Positions 1-11,892 of a DNA stretch of 64,000 bases are shown here, one piece after another (position 1 is the first letter of the stretch; every line of letters starts with the position of its first letter). The notes under the pieces are model-generated. The model did no database searches. It was not told where the DNA came from and worked only from the letters and a program-made list of their open reading frames with translations. The translations under genes were made by a program, and so were the position numbers. This DNA is from Anthoceros angustus (taxonomy: Eukaryota; Plantae; Anthocerotophyta): NCBI GenBank assembly GCA_010909165.1, contig MU008195.1:434001-498000 (forward strand). The letters are read 5' to 3'.

Positions 1-168
1 CAACCTAGTGCCTCCATCAGCTTACGAATAGAACAACACAACAAACCACCAAAAAACCTGGTCTCAATTTGGAGGCCGAAGAAACGGCCTCAGCATCACC
101 TCCCTGGCATGGTGCATCAGGAGACATCCAGGCTTCAGTAAAATACTTCCTCAAAAGAGTCGAACGGC

Positions 169-220
169 CAGTGTGACCTCCTTTCCCATTGTGACCTCCT
201 TTCCCAGTGTGACCTCCTTA
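169..220. repeat. ~3 x 19-bp tandem repeat (TGTGACCTCCTTTCCCA-like) in the VAMP714 3' flank
   Basis: Directly visible: gtgtgacctcctttcccattgtgacctcctttcccagtgtgacctcctt. Confidence 0.8.
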
Positions 221-294
221 CCATCTGAATCTCTCCAAATAGGTGAATGAGAAGACTAAGCAAGTAGCAAACCCTGTAAGCTAGCAGCCCTGTT

Positions 295-957
295 CTACGC
301 ACGACAAGACGGTAGTGTCAACCCGCCACAGAAGAAGGAAACGATGATGTACACCAAGACGATGATGAGGCAAGTCAATGAAGCCAGCAGCTTAGTATTC
401 TGCAACCACAGCGACTGCCGAAGACGACGGGACTGCTTCTGAAACCTAAAACTGTTGTCCTGTATCGTAGCAGTTTTGTCTACCAGTAGCTCGATTCTGT
501 CCCCTCGTTCCAAAACCTTGTCAATATTCTCCACCATCACCTTGTGCACCTCGGCCATCTCTCCCTTCACCCTGGTGATGGTGTCGGCATTGGGGTTATT
601 CGAATAGTACTCCATCTGCTGGTTCAAACTCCTGGAAAACTCATCGTTCATGGCATACGGCAGCGCAGTGGAAGCCACTCTCCCATACGCCTTCATAAAT
701 CTGCCATGAATGTCCTCCAGAAACGCGAACGGAATCCTCCTCCCCATGGTTTCGTCCGCCATACACAGGAAAGCCAGCCCGTCTGCCTTCATGATGTGGA
801 AAATATGGCGGTCCTGGGAGTAGGAAGCCCGCGTCTCCGGGACCGCTGGCACCCTCTCCAAAATACGCCGCGCAATGGTCCCCGCGTTGCTGGAAGCAGC
901 GGTGAACTCAGCCAGCACCAAGGTGCCTCTGGCTACCAGCGCGTACAAAATCGCCAT
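295..957 (-). CDS. VAMP714: VAMP7-family longin R-SNARE (VAMP714-like), intronless, 220 aa
   Basis: Starts at the ATG at 957 (MAILYALVARGTLVLAEF). It has a longin domain (SYSQDRHIFHIMKADGLAFLCMAD...AMNDEFSR), a SNARE motif (VMVENIDKVLERGDRIELLVDKT) and a C-terminal TM followed by CGGLTLPSCRA. This closely matches Arabidopsis VAMP714 as recalled. Confidence 0.95.
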   Translation of the reverse strand: MAILYALVARGTLVLAEFTAASSNAGTIARRILERVPAVPETRASYSQDRHIFHIMKADGLAFLCMADETMGRRIPFAFLEDIHGRFMKAYGRVASTALPYAMNDEFSRSLNQQMEYYSNNPNADTITRVKGEMAEVHKVMVENIDKVLERGDRIELLVDKTATIQDNSFRFQKQSRRLRQSLWLQNTKLLASLTCLIIVLVYIIVSFFCGGLTLPSCRA

Positions 958-1328
958 GGCTCCCTTTCCCCCGAGGCCGAGTCGCCAGTCAGATCGTGAG
1001 CGCGGGCGCAATCCAGAGCACAAATCCGCTCCCAATTCAAACCTCGACCTTCACGATCCGGCTGCAGACAAGCGCGCCTGTGCCTGGGCCTTCGCGCTCA
1101 GATCTCCATCCGTCCCGCCGCGCCCGCCTCGCTATTACCCCTCGGGAGAAAAGAGCCAAGTCTGTAACGCAGTCTACTAATATATAGTGTAACATAAAAG
1201 TGCTTTAGATAGCGTGCTAAACGCGAAACGCTAAACTGGATCCAACATGGCCAGTTGATGAACTTGGCACAAGCCTCTGGCCAGGCTCCAATTCCAGCGT
1301 CACACCATCGAGATCCAGCAAGCAGGCC

Positions 1329-3210
1329 ATGAGGAGCCTGCCGTCCCTGAAGGCCTCGGGCGTGGTTGCAGAGGAATTCGAGGTTGAGGGAAATGGCGGA
1401 TGCTGCCGGTCGTGGTGCATTCGGACGGCATCCGTGGAGTATTCTGAGGCTCGCACTTCGGGGAGGGCCGTGGAGGTCTGCATTTTCTGTTGCTGGGGAC
1501 ATTTGTTGGATTTGGTTAGGGAGTGTGCCTGATTTTCTGAGGATTGCAGGTGGATGGAGAGTTGTGTGTGCAAGGTGTGAGAACCTATGCTTTCCATGCT
1601 GCAGAAGCATCGTTTGAGAAGCTGGAGAAGCCATATCCCGGAGTGAGGGTTTCAGCCTCAGGTGACTGGATTTCAGCTGCTTTGGTTACAGGGCAGTGAA
1701 AGTTTTGGATGGCGTTTGTTTTTTGTTGTTTGAAGAGTTAAATGTGAGTTGATTCTGTGGTTGTGTTGATGCAGGGAAGCTGCATGTTGAAGATCTGGGT
1801 CGAGGTCTGAGGTTCAGCTGCGGGCAGTTTGTGAGTCATTGCTGGTGCCCTCGTTGTGTGCATATAGGAAGGTTGGATTGGTTTGATTTGGTGTGGTGTG
1901 TTGTTTTGCTCGTTGCCAGACGTGGTTGCCAGGATTGCAGAGTCTGAGCCTGGGTGGAAATGTGACTACTGTCATTCCTAATGAGCTGGAACTCACTTGC
2001 CCCAAGTTGAATATGTCGGGTTCAGAGAGCTTTGGCACTTTGGAGGACACAGTTGCGTATGTCATTGATCATCGTCGTGTAGGAGGTTTGGAAACAGCGT
2101 CTGTTGGAAATTCAGCACTCTTTCATGGTCCCTGTCAAGGCTGCGTTAAGGTCCCAGCTGCATCATTCAAGGACCTGAGTTTAGCCTGTCCAGAGCTTGC
2201 AGCTGGAAAGCAGCAAGTCAGGAAGGACAACCCTGGATTAAAGGATAGTGTTGGCGGTCCAGAGAACCTTGGCATTGCATTTTCTGCTCAAGGAATGCTG
2301 TTCGACATGGAGCATCAAGCAGTGATGGCACAAGGACCTCTGAAGATATCCTGCCACCAGAAGGGTTTGGAGGTAGTTCTGTTCTTCTCCTGACCTCCTG
2401 CTGAATGCAAATGAAAAGGTGTCCCATGTTATAGCAGGGCATCTGGTTCCGGTAGTCCATGAACACATTCCATTCTTGCAGATAAGCGCAGGTACAGGGG
2501 ACCTGTTGCTGAATGAAGGAATTCTGGCTTTGCACGAGGGAGTATCCGTTACACTACAAGAACGTAAACTGAAGACTCCCAGACTCACCTGGTACTTTGG
2601 TAGGGTTGGGAAATCCCATGGCAACATCGTTCCACAGGGTTCCAAACGAGGGAATTGGCGGTCACACATGTCACAGAAATCGCGCGACCTGGCAGTCAGA
2701 GAACGTAATGCCCAGCAACCAGGGGCCCTAAATGGTGCTAAAGAAGACATGGTCGCGCGTTTTACAGCAATCGTCGGAGGGATGCATACCAGTGGCCCTT
2801 GTCTTGGGAAGCAGGTGACAATCATGCCGTTCTGCAGATGCACCCGCAGGTTTTCTGCAGGAGACATCTCTGCTCCGAAACTCCTTGTCAGTAGGCCTCG
2901 CAAGCGTGAGATTTTTTGGGCTGTGACCAGGAATCTCTGCACCAGGGCAATGTCCTTCGACTCCTCGGGCTTTCACGTTCACCTGTCCCAGCTGCTGCAA
3001 CTTGAACGACTAGACCTCGCGTTGATGGACGTCGCTGCTCCTGTTCCTGTTTCTCGCAGAGACACAGCCTCATCGCAGGTGAGGGAGCGGAATGTCTACC
3101 CTCTTCTTGCTGCCAGAGAGGAACAGGGGATGGATTGTGGAACGGACACGAACAATGTCGTGCTTGCAGAAGGTCCCATCCGTCTGCTGCTGGCAAAAGA
3201 GCGGAGGTGA
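1329..3210 (+). pseudogene. Possible RNI-like/F-box-LRR-type gene, frame-broken near 2390
   Basis: There are GT-AG-bounded segments at ~1775-1830 and from ~1920. LRR-like strings include LPGLQSLSLGGN, ELELTCPKL, DLSLACPEL and LSQLLQLERLDL. ORF 1893-2393 and ORF 2419-3210 are adjacent in different frames. The family assignment is weak. Confidence 0.3.
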
Positions 3211-3374
3211 CGGTTTTCCAGTTTCGTCTCGTGGGGGTTTCTGATTCATGTTGGTTTTAATCAAGGGAAGTGAAGAGATAGGTTCACTTAAGGAAAGAGG
3301 AACAAGACATCACATGAGTAAAATGTAAATGAAGATGATAAAGAATAAATAAAGATCTATTCACTTGGTCACTT

Positions 3375-3457
3375 TAGGTAGGGAGCTCAGTTGCTCCTCT
3401 TCACTTCGACCCCGGGTCCCCATTTGTTGTCCCCTCCTAGATGGTTTCTTTTCATCG
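3375..3457 (+). repeat. Short dispersed copy of the same LINE 3' segment
   Basis: ggagctcagttgctcc...gaccccgggtc...atggtttcttttcatcg is homologous, in the opposite orientation, to 18515-18591, 19103-19182 and 35887-35965. Confidence 0.6.
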
Positions 3458-4443
3458 TTCTTTCACTTCAATAAATCATCCTTTAGTTCAATAAAGATCT
3501 TAGTATCATTTGCTTCTTCTTCTATAGATAGATGTCAGCGAATGAAAATAAATAAATATAAATATGAATAAAAAAGAATAAATAAATATAATTGATTGTA
3601 TGTATGATAAATTAATCAAACAATTAAAAACAGAGAGATTAGAAGTATAAGAAAAAGATAAAGAAAGGTTTTTTATATTTTATAAATTATATAAAGATCC
3701 TTCAAACCAAGATTAAAATGATGATGCAAAATACTACTAATAAATGAATGATATCAAAAATAATAGGTCAAAAAAGTAGATAAAGAGAAGTATAAGTTTG
3801 TATAATAAACTAAGTAATGAAAAAATATCAAAAAAAGATAAGAAGTAAAAGAGAAGAATTACTTTTATATTTTTTATATTGTAAAATCATATTTGAATTA
3901 AGATTTAAAAGAATTAGAAAGGATTGGAAAATTATTGCATGATGCTTAAAAGAACAAAACCAAAAAGATCTAAATATCAATGATAGGCATCTCAAATATG
4001 ATCTACCTACCAATAAGAAAAGGAAAAAACAAAACCCATAGCAAAAGGCAAAGAACTTGGGCACACAATCTCCATGAACTCCAATGCCTCCAAACTTCCA
4101 CTTCAATTTTTTTGAACTTCAGGAACCCATGATTAATCGCTCATATTTTGACACCAACACCTACTCCCGCATCCTCAATGGCTCCCCCGGATGTCACAGT
4201 TTGTAATCGAATTCCGTCAATCTACAAGCTGCCATAGATATAAGTTTTGTGTTTCTCGGCCAGCAACGTTAAGAATAGTTTTTCATACCGGCTACCTTTG
4301 CACCTAATATGCCGCTCTCTCGAGAGGGAAATCCTTATTCGGTGGGAAGGCCTACTGCAACATAGAATGTGGCCACAGGATGACAATATTGCGGTGTTGC
4401 ATCTAGATGGTGGTGCCAATTATGCATGTGCAGGCACTGAAGG

Positions 4444-7400
4444 ATGGCCTTGTCAACAGGCGGTGATGGAGGCAGAAGGCGCCCAACAAAGATCCAGATT
4501 GAGAAGGTGGTTCCCAGATGGATTCCCATGGAACCACCCAGGCCCTTGCCGTTGGACCTTGCAAGTCTCCAACACAGGGTTTCAGTAGGACAGGATTTAT
4601 TTCCGCCACCTTCTGAAAGCTCTGCAGACTCTTTCGAGGAAGCCAGTACTTTAGATGATCCTGCCCAAATTGAAGGAGGGTTCCGCCCACCCCAACAGTT
4701 TCAAGCAGCTGCTGCAGCCACACAGACTGAAAACACTCCCTTCCAAGTAGGGTTCCGCCCACCCCAACAGTTTCAAGCTGCTGCTGCAGCCACACAGACT
4801 GAAAACTCTCCCTTCCAAGTAGGGTTCCGCCCACCCCAACAGTTTCCAGGAGCTGCTGGAATCAATCAGTCAGCAACCTCTCCCTTCCAACCAGGGTTCC
4901 GCCCTACCCGACAAGTTCAAGCAGTTACTGGTACCAATCTGTCTGCAAACTCGCCCTTCCAAGGAGGGTTCCGGCCACTCCAGCAATTTCAACCAGCTGC
5001 TGGAATTAATCAATCTGCACCCTCCCCCTCCCAGCCAGGATTCCGCCCTTTCCAACAATTTCAAGCAGTTGGTGGAATCGATCAGTCTGCAAGCTCTCCC
5101 TTCCAACAAGGGTTCCGCCCTTCCCAAGTATACCAGCCACCAGCTGCAGCTGTAAATCCTTCATCGCAGCAAGGATTCCGCCCTCCTCAACTTGCTGCTT
5201 CATTTCAAAGAGGCCATAGCACTGACCATGCTTCCATCAGTTTCTCAACAGCTTCCTTTCGACCATCCCAAACAGGTTCACCAAGAGGTTCTTCACTTGC
5301 TCCTGCTTCACCTGGCCTTGCCTCGCAGGAGACCGACAATGCTCCCATCAATTTCTCAACAGCTTCCTTTCGACCAGCCCAAACAGGTTCACCAAGAGGT
5401 TCTTCACTTGCTCCTGCTTCACCTGGCCTTGCTTCGCAGGGTAGTGACCATGCTCCCATCAGTTTCTCAACAGCTTCCTTTCGACTATCCCAAACAGGTT
5501 CACCAAGAGGTTCTTCACTTGCTCCTGCCTCACCTGGCCTTGCCTCGCAGAGTACTGACCATGCCATCAGTCCTTCTTCCCCTTCTTTCCGACCATCCCA
5601 AACAGGTTCACCAAGAGGTTCTTCACTTGCTCCTGCTTCACCTGGCCTTGCCTCGCGTGGTGCTGACCATGGTCCCATCAGTTTCTCAACAGCTTCCTTT
5701 CGACCTTCCCAAACAGGTTCACCAAGAGGTTCTTCACTTGCTCCTGCTTCACCTGGCCTTGCCTCGCAGAGTACTGACCATGCTTCCATCAGTCCTTCTT
5801 CCCCTTCTTTCCGACCATCCCAAACAGTTCCACCAAGAGCTTCGTCACTTGCTCCTGCATCACGTGACCATGATACGAACGGCACCAGTACTCCACGAGC
5901 TTTTGTTCCTGAGAAAGCCTTTCAACTCGCTCCCGCTATTTCCTCTCAAGATTTTGTTGCTGGCGTGCCTTCTCCGACACAATCTGATTCCCGGCAAGGC
6001 TCCCCAACTCTTGATTTCCATGGCTTTGACAAGCCCATCCCAAAGATGCAGCATTTCCCAAGACAAAGTGTGAAACAGATACGTTTGTTCCCAAGTAATG
6101 TGGGTGATGGTTCGCCATTGTGGTCACCTGGAGATGAGGTGGGAGATGCTCCTTTGGATGGAGCTTCCTCCATGGCCCGACCTGACTTCGAGAATATGGG
6201 CTACTTGGGAGCAGATCAAAGCGGGCTGCATTTTTCAGGACAAAGTCCGAGTCACTCAAGTTTGCTCTCAAGTAGAGTGGGTGGTCGTTTCCCATCATGG
6301 TCACCAGGTGGTAAACTGGGTGATGCTCCTTTGGATGAAGCCTTATCTATGGACCAACCTGACTCCAAGACGATGGGATACTTAGGAACGGAGGCAAGCG
6401 GGCTGCATTTAAGTCCGAGACAGTCAAGTTTGCTCCCAAGTAATGTGGGTGGTAGTCTGCTATCGTGGTCACCTAGAGGTGAGGTGGGAGATGTTCCTAT
6501 CTCGGACCCTATGGCAGAAACCAGCAATCTTTGGCCGCTTGGCCAGCAACTGCTAAGTACATCAGAGGTTGGCAAGTTGCGAGCGGAGGAAGACAAAGAA
6601 AGCATCAATGACGAACCCCCCATTACTTATGATAGGCAATTATCTGATCCATATGCCGTGAAGGATCTGAGGAGATGGAGGCCTACAAATTACGCAGACT
6701 ATCCTGAACTGCAGAGGATACAAGGCAAGCTTTCGGAGCAATCTTTGGACAAACTCCGCATAAAGGCATGGATGTGCATTCAACGTCAGCTGAAAGAACA
6801 TACCTTTTCTGTAGATCATGCGCTGAGTAATAGTCTTCTGCTAGTCACATTGCTCTTAGCATCCTGCTGCTGGCTTTATATCTTCAAGTTCTCTAGGTGG
6901 TCATGATGGATTCTGGTTTCATCCTCAGGCATTGGTTCCTATCCAGAAAGCCAAAGAAAGGATTCAGATTCTTCAGAGCCATCAGAAGAAGGAGGAGGAT
7001 GAGGGAAAGAAAGAAGTAGAAACAGGTGACATTATCTCTCGTCTGAATCGCTGGTTCCAGCGTGTGTGGCAACGCTCTCGAGATACGATAGGGGTCTATA
7101 CTTGACTCCTCCGAGCTTGGTGGGTTGTTATTTGCACATATGCTACTTAAATGTGTGTTGTCTAAAGCTGAAAAAATTCCCTCAGGCAACCCACGACAGA
7201 TCTGGTCTTTGGCTGGAGCATTTGCGAATAATCGAAGGCCACTTTGGTTCAGCAATTATGCTGACTTTCGAATTCTTGCGATGGGTTTTTCTTCTAAATT
7301 GCCTCCTCGCCTTATTGTGGCTTGTGCTTATAATCATCCCATTTTGGGTGGCACCTCCTCGCATTTTCAGCTGGAGTATTTTTAGACGCGCAGGAATTCT

Positions 7401-10400
7401 GGGTATACTTCAGGTGTGTATATAGTGTTTTAGATTTGTTGTAGTGTTCATGCAAGAAAGGAGGATGGAATTTATGCACCATGGAGACATGTTTTCTGTG
7501 TGGTCCTATTCACAGTGTTTCTCCTCCTCCCCTTTTCTTTTTTCTTGGGCTCGTTGCAACTGACATGGCATACTTGAGAAGAGTTTATTTTCAATGCCTA
7601 CATATTGCTCATAGGTAGTTATAATGAAGTAAAACTATTTGCTCACCTTTTATTTTTCTCTCTCCTAGACTAATGGGGTAGATCTTACATTCCTTCTCTA
7701 TGGTGGCTACTCTTACGGAGATGAGCAAAAGGATTGGTATCGTGTTGGTTGGATGTATCCACTTGCAGTGTTCTCCACATTCATGACCAGTCTAGTGGCT
7801 GTTTCATATAGGTATCTTTGCTGCTATTGCTAGTCTTGCTTTTGGACGAAGCTAGTTGTCGGCTGCCGATATTTTGAATTAGAAACAAAGCAAGGGAATT
7901 AAGACACTTTGTTCATATTTTGCAGGATGGTGAGAAATATGCAAATGGGTTCTTTCGAAAGTGCTTACAAAACGACCAGTGGTTATGCATTTGCAACTAT
8001 TTCCTTTACTTCATGGGATTTTCACATAACATCTCATGATGTACTACTACTTTACCTATTTTTTTTATCGATCCTAATAAATGATTGAAGGAAATAATCC
8101 TGTGCACGGTGTTTGTGGCTTCAATTCTTTATTGTTCTATCTTGATATGTGATGAACAGACAGCAACAATCCTTCGACGTGGGATACGAATGGAAATGCG
8201 TCAACTATTGTCCGATCTTGTGAACCCTCCAGCTGATGTTGTGCACACCATCTTAAAGACTCGTAAGGTATGCGTTATGTCACCAATTATGTGTTCTCCA
8301 ACAAGTTGTGATCGATTGCACACTGAAGACTTAGTAACAATGTGTATTGTAGAGATTCTTGGCGGTCTTATTGTTCTGGCCCATTGTTCTCGGCACCACC
8401 ATCAGTGTAACAATTGTCCTTGCATTGAAGGATGCTGAAGTCAATAGAAAACTAGGTGATGTGTATTTTGTTCGTGTTTGTTGATTTTTTTTTCCTTTTG
8501 AGAAGACCTATTCTTATATTTCCATAACCTTTTGGATTTTCGTTCTTGATATTTTGGTGTTTGTGTAGGTTCTGACTTAGCACAATCAGTCATTCTTAGT
8601 ATAGTTCATATACTTGGATCATTGTTAACAAAATATCTCGTAAAAATTTCGGAATGGAAACCGCGGATGGCAGAGCATGTTTTAGTATGGAAATTATTTG
8701 CATTGCGAGTAGGATTTATGTCAGCTCTATTTTTTAGGTATCATCAACATCCAAGCTTATATAATATATAAAATAATTTACTTCCACAATTGATAATTAC
8801 ATTCTTTGCTAGAATACATAGGCTCTTCATTGATGAACATCTAAATTCTGTCTTAAAATAAACAGGCTTTATAAGTTAATCATGGATGCTCATCTTCGTT
8901 ATTCCGGAGAACTAGCTTATGATAATTGCGAGATGGAAACTCAATGTGCCATCAATGGTTATGTTTGTTGTTCTGATTCGAATACTACATTATTATGGCC
9001 AACAGATGCAACACAATTGACATCAACTTTGACAACACACTATTGTAATACAAGTCAGGTTTATATACACAACTTAGATAAAAAAAATCTTTTAATCACA
9101 CCATTGTTCATCATTTTTTGTGATTGATATCAACTTTGACAACACACTATTGTAATACGAGTCAGGTTTATATACACAACTTAGATTAAAAAAATCTTTT
9201 AATCACAGCATTGTTCATCATTTTTAAGAGTGACTCGTGTTTTTCAAGAGAATCATCGTTTCTAGATAATGTTGAATATACCCATAAGGCTTAGATAGCT
9301 TTTTTGCCAAGGCCTTCATTTCACTTTTGGCCTATGTGGTGCTGTTTTGGCTCAAAGCCTTTGAACTATTTTTTCGGCTAATGCCGTAAATTAAACTATC
9401 TCTGCATTATTATTTTTAAAACAATTGCTGATCAACCAATATAATATTTCTTTGGGTCTTGTATTCAGGTAGGGGCATGCATACCATCATGTATGGAGAA
9501 TGCACTAGGCAAGCAGTTGCTAAGATTATTATTAACGAATACGCTTATCCAAAATGCAATGGGAATATTAATGGGGTTTTTCACAATTTATTTTTTTAAA
9601 GTAAATATTTGAAAGTATTTATTATTATTATCAGTCTTTTTATATTATTACTTATAGTTACTCTAATACATGTGTTTCATGTTTAAGAGGAAGAGAGCCA
9701 TGGATATAGAAGATCTTGCTATACGAGTCGTGTATAATCAAGCACTCATTTGGGTGGGATCATGCTTCTCCCCAGCAGCCCCCTTTTTGGGGCTCATATG
9801 TATAGCTTTCACATTTTATTGTGAAAAGGTAATTTCCTAGTAATTCAAGTACCTTCATGTAAAGATATAAATCAATTTTAGGATAACAATCACTGTGAAC
9901 ACGTACTTATATGCTACAAATGAAGTGCTAAAATTGTCTTTCTGGTAGATGACAATGTTACAAACTTGTGATCCTTCGGGAAGGAAATATAGTGTATCAC
10001 GAACTTCTAATGTCACTTATGGTCTTCTGACGGTCGCCTTACTCTTATGCACAATTCCCATGTCTTCATTTCTTGGTAATCCGACTGAAGCTTGTGGCCC
10101 TGTTCCTGGTAAATCAATGTTCGGCTCGATTGTTGGGTACATAGAGGTAAACAATTAGAAACTCTAGAATAGTTGTTTTACATAATCACAAAATCATTGT
10201 TGTGAACTGAACATGCAATTTTTTAATTTGTATTGCAGAATGCACCACAACAATTATGGTTTATATTACGCTGGATAGGAAGTCCCATAGTATGGGGTAG
10301 TTTATTTTGTTTTTCCATTGTGCTCTACTTTGTGCAGCGTAAAAGCCTTCACCAAGCTGCACAAAGTCTATGGGTAACCCAAAGAGAGCTTGATGCACAT

Positions 10401-10956
10401 CGCCTAGATCAACAACCACCACAGGCAAGTATGAATTTGCTACCAAAAATATTTAACCTTTCTATCGAGTAGATTATGTCTATTGATAACTTTCTTCTTA
10501 TAGCAGAACGAGATAGTCCAAGATGGAACAAAGAAGAATGAGACAACTGCGCCAACGGATTTAGATCCACTTCTCTCACAGCCTGATGGTTCCATCAAAG
10601 ATGATGAAAATGCAATAAATTCTCAGGATCCAACAATAGTTACTGACCCTATTCTTCCTCAACAAAATAGTTTCATGAAAATTGATGACTCTTTGACAAA
10701 TGATCATGATCCAAATATAGTTAGTAGCTCATTTCTTTCACAACATGATAGTTTCATCAAAGTTGATACAAACTCAACAAATAATCGTGATCCAAATGTA
10801 TTCACTAACCCAATTCTTTCAAACCATACTAGCTTAATAGTACCCATTCCAAATATTTTCGCTAATCCAATTCTTTCACAACATAATAGCATGATAGTAG
10901 CTAATTCCAATTTGTTTAATGGGCATGACCCCGAATCTATGCATCCAGAACCATGA
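4444..10956 (+). CDS. TMC: Transmembrane channel-like (TMC) protein, ~14 exons, with a long repetitive N-terminal extension
   Basis: Approximate exons: 4444-6826, 6897-~7093, ~7199-7413, 7669-7811, 7926-8040, 8160-8267, 8353-8455, 8569-8737, 8866-9058, 9469-9600, 9688-9828, 9949-10146, 10239-10424, 10504-10956. TMC hallmarks appear in the correct order: LWLEHLRIIEGHFGSAIMLTFEFLRWVFLLN, FLLYGGY, SFTSWDFHI, CMENALGKQLLRLLLTN (TMC domain CWETxxGQE-like), VYNQALIWVGSCFSPAAP...FYCEK, CDPSGRKYSVS, and ACGP. The exon 2/3 junction is uncertain. Confidence 0.88.
4666..5200 (+). repeat. Coding tandem repeat, ~72 bp / 24 aa (GFRPPQQFQAAAAATQTENSPFQV-like), about 7 copies
   Basis: Recurrent gggttccgccc...tttcaagc units in TMC exon 1. 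Confidence 0.9.
5210..5870 (+). repeat. Coding tandem repeat, ~114-117 bp / 38-39 aa (ASFRPSQTGSPRGSSLAPASPGLASQSTDHAPISFST), about 5-6 copies
   Basis: Recurrent ccaagaggttcttcacttgctcctgcttcacctggccttgcctcgcag units. Confidence 0.9.
6080..6500 (+). repeat. Coding repeat of ~56-58 aa (PSNVG...WSPGxEVGDAPLD...MGYLG...SGLH), about 2.5 copies
   Basis: Visible in the ORF 4444 translation. Confidence 0.8.
9018..9226. repeat. 107-bp tandem duplication that copies the end of a TMC exon and its splice donor
   Basis: The unit tcaactttgacaacacactattgtaatac(a/g)agtcag|gtttatatacacaacttagat... occurs twice, with GT donors at 9059 and 9166. Confidence 0.9.
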
Positions 10957-11541
10957 GTGTGAATTGTTTCAATTATCAAATTTTCTTTCTTGTCTATCAT
11001 TTCACACATACTCAGCTCTTTCATTTTTAGGTTTATCTAATAAAAAGACAGGTGCAATAGTCCACACTTACTTAACTCATTATTTTTTAGTTTACCATAG
11101 AAAAGGAAGATGCAATTTTGAAGAAACTCTTGTTATTATTATGAAATCTAGAAATATTTATTTGCAATTATAAATTACACTATGAATTCTATATTATCAT
11201 AACCAGGGATTCATTGTGAAACGGATAACACATAAATCAAGACGCGGTATGTGGTTCCTGAAACTTGGGACTTGATGGTCCCGACTTTAGATGGAAAAAG
11301 TGGACACTGGTGGTCTTTTGCACTTGGCGGTCCAGTTACATACAACTAGCTTTTAGCTGCCCTACAACTCACCACTAAAAACTTAACATTGAACTTAAGA
11401 GTAAGCCAATAACTCCCTCAACATCAACAACTCTCTTCTGTATTTATACTTGACTGTAAGACATATAATGCCATATGATCCAATTCCACTCTGAAATATA
11501 TGGCCTAAAACTCCCCAACCGGAGTGAAACGTGCTCTAGAC

Positions 11542-11892
11542 CTACCGCCTTAGCCCTAACTGAGGGATATAACAACCCGGAATGGGAGTTGTAAAACCTC
11601 CATACAAGCAGTCTAAGATCAGCGTCGCCAAATCAATGGTCATCGGGTAAGCACCGGCGTCGGGAGTACGACACCAGCAAGCATAGGCCGCAGTTACGCC
11701 GGAGGCACAGCACGATGTCAAGTCCCTCGCGGTTCCGCTGTAATCAAAATTCAAGCATTGCTGAGTGCCAGGTTCGTTGACGAGACAGTGAGTGGGGACA
11801 TTATCATCGGCGAACGCTGCATGAGGCGCCCCTGCTACCATCAACAGAGCTGCCAGAGCTGTCCATGCAGCCAACTTCATGTATGGCGACAT
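11542..11892 (-). CDS. Secreted 8-cysteine-motif (nsLTP/prolamin-fold-like) protein, copy 1, 116 aa
   Basis: Signal peptide MSPYMKLAAWTALAALLMVAGAPHAAFA, then C-x9-C-x14-CC-x9-CWC-x20-C-x11-C. Intronless. Confidence 0.85.
   Translation of the reverse strand: MSPYMKLAAWTALAALLMVAGAPHAAFADDNVPTHCLVNEPGTQQCLNFDYSGTARDLTSCCASGVTAAYACWCRTPDAGAYPMTIDLATLILDCLYGGFTTPIPGCYIPQLGLRR

Noticed and set aside
74-93. Perfect hairpin GAGGCCG-AAGAAA-CGGCCTC
   Set aside because: It is a single 7-bp stem with no other support; there is no U-tract, and rho-independent terminators are irrelevant in a nuclear genome.
4403-6623. Antisense and alternate-frame ORFs over TMC exon 1 (e.g. 5192-6073, 5205-5885)
   Set aside because: They are shadows of in-frame coding repeats whose unit lengths are multiples of 3.
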